This document shows, piece after piece, positions 59,145 through 64,000 of a stretch of 64,000 bases of DNA. Position 1 is the stretch's first letter; each line of letters opens with the position of its first letter. Location: assembly GCA_963666425.2 (NCBI GenBank), contig OY762825.2, forward strand, positions 960,001-1,024,000, written 5' to 3'. The DNA is from Bacillota bacterium. GTDB taxonomy: Bacteria > Bacillota > JAAYKD01. The notes below the pieces were generated by a model. It saw only the letters and a program-made list of their open reading frames with translations, had not been told where the DNA came from and searched no databases. The position numbers and the translations under genes are program-made.

Positions 59145-59825
59145 ATGAGTCATAATCAAGTTGCTTTAAAAGGAATTGATTTAATACGCATCTTCCACTT
59201 GGGAGATCAGGAAGTTCGTGCATTAGATGAGATCAACATTGAAGTGTATCCGGGCGAGTTGGTCATGTTATTGGGACCTTCCGGTTCCGGTAAGACGACA
59301 CTGTTACATACCTTATCTGGTTTAGATACGCCGGACAGGGGAGAAGTGTTTGTCGACAACATTTCAATTTATAAACTCAACGATAATGAATTATCACATT
59401 TGAGAAGCCGCTCCTTCGGTTTTATTTTCCAGTCGTTCAACTTATTGCCAAACCTGACGGCCATAGAAAATGTACAGATCCCCTTGCGCATCACAGGGCA
59501 GCCTGACCCGGTTAAAAAATCCATGGAAATGCTCAAGCGTGTGGGCTTGGCGGACCGGGCACATCACAGGCCAGGGCAGTTATCGGGTGGAGAACAGCAG
59601 CGAGTTACCGTGGCTCGGGCTTTAGTCACCAAACCCAAGATCGTTTTTGCCGACGAACCCACCGGTAACCTGGACTCGGTGACCAGCTTAGAGATCATGA
59701 ATCTTCTGCAAGAGATGGTCAAAGAGAACAATTCTGCATGCCTGATGGTCACTCATAATGCTGAACTGGTTCCACTGGCGAACCGGGTCTTATATTTAAG
59801 AGACGGAAAAATGGTCAACAAGTAG
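59145..59825 (+). CDS. LolD/MacB-type ABC ATP-binding protein
   Basis: Same motifs as 54887..55567; 28 of 226 residues differ by manual count. Confidence 0.95.
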   Translation: MSHNQVALKGIDLIRIFHLGDQEVRALDEINIEVYPGELVMLLGPSGSGKTTLLHTLSGLDTPDRGEVFVDNISIYKLNDNELSHLRSRSFGFIFQSFNLLPNLTAIENVQIPLRITGQPDPVKKSMEMLKRVGLADRAHHRPGQLSGGEQQRVTVARALVTKPKIVFADEPTGNLDSVTSLEIMNLLQEMVKENNSACLMVTHNAELVPLANRVLYLRDGKMVNK

Positions 59826-59847
59826 AAGTCGAAGGAGGAAATCGAAG

Positions 59848-60930
59848 ATGTTTCAATTCTCGGCGAAACTGATCCAATGGAATCTGGCGAGAAATCGAAG
59901 TCAGAATTGGATCATGATCCTGGCTGTGATCGGTTGTTTGACCAGTTATATTCTTTTAGGAACGGCTCTCAATGCGATCAGTGCAGAAATCGTGCAGAGT
60001 CAGAGGGACGATTGGCCATTTGATCTAACGATAAAAGTTCCAACGGAGGATGAAAAAAACAAGATCCGTCAGATCGAAGGAGTTTACCACTCGGAAGAGC
60101 TGAACATGGAGGAAGTCTATTTTTATTCCAATACTGTGACTGCCATCGGTATACCGGAAGAAGAAACAGCCTTGATCCTGGAACTGGAGTCAGGTAGTTT
60201 ACCGCAAAACGATGATCGGGTTACCATTCCGGGAGAAGTATCAAGAGCCTATAATTTATCGATCGGTCAAAAGATCTTACTTAGAACCTCTACAACGATA
60301 TACGCAGGAAAAGAATTTGAGATCGCAGGGATCTTCAGCACGAAAAAAGGAGTCACCAAAACGTTTGTGGTCACCAATGCTGCGATCAATCAACTCAATC
60401 TGCAGCATTCCGGATCATCACTGGTAATCCAGTTAGATGGTAAAGCGGATTTGGAGAAAACCTATTATAAAGTTCTGGATATAAACCCCAAATTAGTGGT
60501 GACCATGGACAGTGCAGGATATGAGAATGCACAGGTTACAGGAACGATTTCCGATTCTTTGATCAAAAGCTTGCGGTTCCTGATCTTAGCGATCTCTGCA
60601 ACTTCACTGGCAGTCCTGTTTTATCTCAGCCAAAGAAGTGGTGCTTACCAGACCGGCGTCTTACGTGCGATCGGGGTCAAACGCTTCTGGCTTTTGCTGC
60701 CACCACTGATTCAGATCAGCGTAGTTTTTCTGATCAGCAGTGGGATCGCATATGTTCTTCTGCCGATCCTATCTCAAATTTTGGGTTTGAACGAAGCTGG
60801 TAGTGCCAACTTGTCTTCAGTCGGTTGGGACCTTCTGGTATTTTTTGCCATTGGGTTATTGAGTACGATTGCAGTCAATCTCCAGTTTTTGCATCGTTCG
60901 ATCCCCACTTTGCTTAAAGATACCTGGTAA
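59848..60930 (+). CDS. FtsX/MacB-type permease (B-type)
   Basis: DWPFD, QRSGAYQTGVLRAIG. Confidence 0.82.
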   Translation: MFQFSAKLIQWNLARNRSQNWIMILAVIGCLTSYILLGTALNAISAEIVQSQRDDWPFDLTIKVPTEDEKNKIRQIEGVYHSEELNMEEVYFYSNTVTAIGIPEEETALILELESGSLPQNDDRVTIPGEVSRAYNLSIGQKILLRTSTTIYAGKEFEIAGIFSTKKGVTKTFVVTNAAINQLNLQHSGSSLVIQLDGKADLEKTYYKVLDINPKLVVTMDSAGYENAQVTGTISDSLIKSLRFLILAISATSLAVLFYLSQRSGAYQTGVLRAIGVKRFWLLLPPLIQISVVFLISSGIAYVLLPILSQILGLNEAGSANLSSVGWDLLVFFAIGLLSTIAVNLQFLHRSIPTLLKDTW

Positions 60931-60942
60931 GGAGGTGTTGAA

Positions 60943-62148
60943 ATGTTATGGATCACACGCACTTCCTTCTGGAGGAACAAAAGCAAATATACGTTAGCGA
61001 TGATCGGGTTGACCTTAGCTGTTTTATTGAGTTGCCTGGGTCTTTCCGCTTTAATGATGCTAAAGACAGCAACTTTGAGACCTTTAACTTTTGTTGCCGG
61101 TGGGCAGATTATGATCACCGATATCCGTACGGAGATCACCACTGCAGGCAATACTCTTTACGCGGATGCGCTGACGGTCAAGCCTTATAAATCGGAGATC
61201 GCTGAAGATCTGATCAGCGAAGTTGTAGTGGATGCAACGTTGCATTATACATTAGTTGCACCCTATCAATACATCTATAGCGGTAATAAGGTAAATTGGC
61301 AGTATATCTTTGCCAGAGACAACCCTTCCGAAACGTTGACCGATCTTTATCTTTTACAAGGCGTTTACTTAAGCGGAAATGAAGAAGAGAATACCATCAT
61401 TATGGTGGGACCGCAATGGGATGACATGACAAAAGCCTGGGATGGTTCTTCGGTCAATACGGATCATCGGTTTTCGATTCCGGAATTGGTTGAGATCAAT
61501 GGTGTTTATGATTGGAATGCGTCCGTATTGACTTCGGAAAGCTATTTCGTCAAAGGGATCCATGATTACAATAAAACATTATATTTTGTTGAATGGACAG
61601 AGCTTGAGACGTTACAAAAACAAGTGGGCGGTGATTCGCCTGTCTCTTGGGTTTCTATTGAAACCTCATTAGATCAGATGGATAGCTTGAAACAAGCATT
61701 GGAACAAAAAATACAGGAAGATGATCTACCACTGAAAGTCTTGACCATCTATGACTTAGGTTCCATGCTTTTAGGCGATTTCAGTCGTTTGGAAAAGATG
61801 ACCGATTATTATGTTCCGGTGATGTTATTTGTAACCATCCTGATCGTGATGATCAACGCGGTAGCCTTGACGATTTCACGCAAAAAAGAACTGGCTTTAT
61901 TACGAGTGTTGGGAATGAGTCAGTCCGAGGTGCAATTAAGCTTTTTAGTCGAATGTATGCTGACGGCAGTTATCGGAGGCGCCTTAGGAACGGCTTTGGC
62001 CTCAGGATTAGGAGTTGTTTTAGCAAAAGATCCGTCCGTGAGCTTATTACCTTTACTGGTATGTATTGTGTCGACGATGCTGATCAGTGGTATTTCAATA
62101 TTTGTTTTATTCAACCTTGATTCCCGTAACTCCCCACTAGGTTGCTAA
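60943..62148 (+). CDS. FtsX/MacB-type permease (A-type)
   Basis: RKKELALLRVLG; paralog of 52555..53769. Confidence 0.85.
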   Translation: MLWITRTSFWRNKSKYTLAMIGLTLAVLLSCLGLSALMMLKTATLRPLTFVAGGQIMITDIRTEITTAGNTLYADALTVKPYKSEIAEDLISEVVVDATLHYTLVAPYQYIYSGNKVNWQYIFARDNPSETLTDLYLLQGVYLSGNEEENTIIMVGPQWDDMTKAWDGSSVNTDHRFSIPELVEINGVYDWNASVLTSESYFVKGIHDYNKTLYFVEWTELETLQKQVGGDSPVSWVSIETSLDQMDSLKQALEQKIQEDDLPLKVLTIYDLGSMLLGDFSRLEKMTDYYVPVMLFVTILIVMINAVALTISRKKELALLRVLGMSQSEVQLSFLVECMLTAVIGGALGTALASGLGVVLAKDPSVSLLPLLVCIVSTMLISGISIFVLFNLDSRNSPLGC

Positions 62149-62207
62149 TTAGATTGCAACTGCCATTTGAAAACACTTAAAACCTGCATAGTAGGTGGTT
62201 TTATTTA
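62113..62207 (+). mobile_element. IS200/IS1541-like left-end remnant (no tnpA)
   Basis: AACCTTGATTCCCGTAACT...ACCTGCATAGTAGGTGGTTTTATTT resembles Firmicute IS200 left ends (recalled, not searched). Confidence 0.45.
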
Positions 62208-62220
62208 TTGTTTCACAATG

Positions 62221-62259
62221 AAAAACGGCTCGCAGTGTTTTGCTGCGAGCCGTTTTTTT
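62221..62259. terminator. Bidirectional terminator
   Basis: AAAAACGGCTCGCAG/CTGCGAGCCGTTTTTTT. Confidence 0.8.
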
Positions 62260-62262
62260 GAA

Positions 62263-63327
62263 CTAATCGACAATCTGTGTCCAGCCGAATTCGTCGGGTA
62301 TTCTGCCCCATTGGATGCCGGTTAAGGTATCATAGACTTTCTGGGCAATTTCGCCGTTTTTAAAGTTGTTGATGATCATTTTCTTGCCTTTGTAGAACAA
62401 TTCACCAACCGGTGAAACCACGGCGGCAGTGCCGACAGCAAAGACTTCATCTAATTGGCCTGCGTCATAAGCCTGCACGATTTCATCAATGGAAAGCTGG
62501 CGTTCGCTGACCTTCAATCCCCAGTGACGCATCAAGGTCAACGCGGAATCGCGGGTAATGCCCGGTAAAATGGTTCCATCCAGGGGCGGAGTAATGATCT
62601 CACCATGAATCTTAAAAATGATATTGGTGGTGCCGACTTCTTCAACAAATTTCCGATGAATCCCATCCAGCCACAGCACCTGCGAATAGCCGAGCTTTTT
62701 CGCTTTGACCTGACCGATGATGGAAGCGGCATAATTACCGCCGGTTTTCGCTTCACCGGTACCGCCTTTGACCGACCGCACAAACTCATCTTCCACAAAA
62801 ATCCTGACCGGATTTACACCTTCCGGGTAATAGGATCCGGAGGGTGAGAGCAGAACGATAAACTGATAGGTTTTGGAGGCAGACACACTGACGGAGGCTT
62901 GCGTTGCATAGCAGAAGGGGCGAATATAGAGAGAGGTTTCCGGCAGACGAGGCACCCAATCCTGATCCACTTTAACCAAAGCGCGAACCGCCTGCAGAAA
63001 ATCTGCTTTGGGCACGGGAGGCATGGCAATCCGCAGATTGCTGCGTTCCATCCGGGCGCCATTGGCTTCGGGGCGGAACAATTGAATGCGTCCATCGGCA
63101 CGGCGGTATGCTTTTAAGCCTTCGAATGTCTCCTGCGCATAATGCAAAACCATCGAAGCGGGGTCCATGATGATTGGTCCATAGGGAACGATTCTGGGAT
63201 CATGCCAACCTTCTTCTTCGTTATAGTCCAACAAAAACATATGGTCGGTAAATAACTTACCGAAGCCCAGTTTGCTTTCGTCCGGCCGTACTTTGGGGTT
63301 GGTTGTTCGGGTAATCTTAATTTCCAT
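62263..63327 (-). CDS. ilvE: Branched-chain amino acid aminotransferase
   Basis: LHYAQETFEGLKAY, YIRP, AKTGGNY (PLP Lys), ILPGITR, GTAAVVSP. Confidence 0.95.
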   Translation of the reverse strand: MEIKITRTTNPKVRPDESKLGFGKLFTDHMFLLDYNEEEGWHDPRIVPYGPIIMDPASMVLHYAQETFEGLKAYRRADGRIQLFRPEANGARMERSNLRIAMPPVPKADFLQAVRALVKVDQDWVPRLPETSLYIRPFCYATQASVSVSASKTYQFIVLLSPSGSYYPEGVNPVRIFVEDEFVRSVKGGTGEAKTGGNYAASIIGQVKAKKLGYSQVLWLDGIHRKFVEEVGTTNIIFKIHGEIITPPLDGTILPGITRDSALTLMRHWGLKVSERQLSIDEIVQAYDAGQLDEVFAVGTAAVVSPVGELFYKGKKMIINNFKNGEIAQKVYDTLTGIQWGRIPDEFGWTQIVD

Positions 63328-63469
63328 TGATTAAAAATCCTCTCTTTCATCTGAAAGGCTCTGCTCGCTTCTTTCTCTCTCTCTTCGAACTAAGAAGCCT
63401 TTCTTGTTACGGGAATGCACTGCGTCTGAATCGCAGCAGCGCATTCCCTATTCTGTTCTACAGAGAGAC

Positions 63470-64000
63470 TTATTTCACCTTCATCAAACTGTTGAAGAAC
63501 GGTTTATAGGTGCCGTCCGTTTGGGCACGATATTGTGCATTATAACCCAATAAGACGAGATCGCCTTCGCCGTAAACAACCCGAACCGCAGCCGCTTTAC
63601 CGGCAATCAAGTCGCCGCCATACAATAATCCGCTCTGCAAAATATCGCGCTCAGGATATTTCGCCAGAACTTGATAATTTTCAGCATGCTTATTGTCTGT
63701 AATCACATAAGCCGGGCTGTCGAAATTGAGCGTATAACCCACTTCCGGCATACCCCAGTTGATGGGATTCGCCAAATGGATGGTGCGTAAGGTAGCGCCG
63801 TTGGTGAAGAATTCGTCCATTGTCTTACCGTCTACCACGTTTTTCAGTCCAAGATCGAACGCTTTCACAAGCCAGTCACAGGATCCGGCTTGCGCAACCA
63901 CACGGCCGCCGGCTTTGACGAATTCCTTGAGTGCCTGAATGCCTTCTGCCTTGATGCCGCTGATGTACTCTTCCGGGATGGCGCCCATATATTGACGCAT
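63470..64000 (-). CDS. C-terminal class I glutamine-amidotransferase-like domain, probably of an M14-type peptidase (runs off the window)
   Basis: LKEFVKAGG, LQSG.L.G...AGKAA, G.G.LVL.G...QYRAQT.GT.K pattern. Confidence 0.6.
   Translation of the reverse strand: MRQYMGAIPEEYISGIKAEGIQALKEFVKAGGRVVAQAGSCDWLVKAFDLGLKNVVDGKTMDEFFTNGATLRTIHLANPINWGMPEVGYTLNFDSPAYVITDNKHAENYQVLAKYPERDILQSGLLYGGDLIAGKAAAVRVVYGEGDLVLLGYNAQYRAQTDGTYKPFFNSLMKVK

Noticed and set aside
1-64000. CRISPR array, tRNA, rRNA, prophage or integrase
   Set aside because: No regularly spaced direct repeats, cloverleafs or phage/integrase motifs were seen by eye

Overview
Chromosomal window from an anaerobic, amino-acid-fermenting Bacillota (about 50% GC by eye, with AT-richer patches at ~12.0-13.0 kb and ~52.5-62.2 kb). 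It holds a class II ribonucleotide reductase (nrdJ), a complete lysine-fermentation cluster (kamBC, then kal-kce-kdd-kamA-kamD-kamE-thl-crt-hbd-atoD-atoA, with no bcd/etf in view), a 4-hydroxyproline dehydratase glycyl-radical enzyme with its activase, ackA, rapZ-yvcK-lgt, corA, several peptidases and ilvE. Seven related FtsX/MacB-type ABC permeases sit in three clusters; two of these form a divergent, diverged duplication inside an IS-scarred island. The best non-coding signals are two lysine riboswitches with apparently opposite logic (a variant OFF switch ahead of an APC permease plus YtcJ-like amidohydrolase, and an ON switch ahead of the catabolic operon) and an unannotated 34-codon leader peptide with attenuator ahead of corA. 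No tRNA, rRNA or CRISPR array was seen. All calls come from reading motifs by eye; no searches were run.
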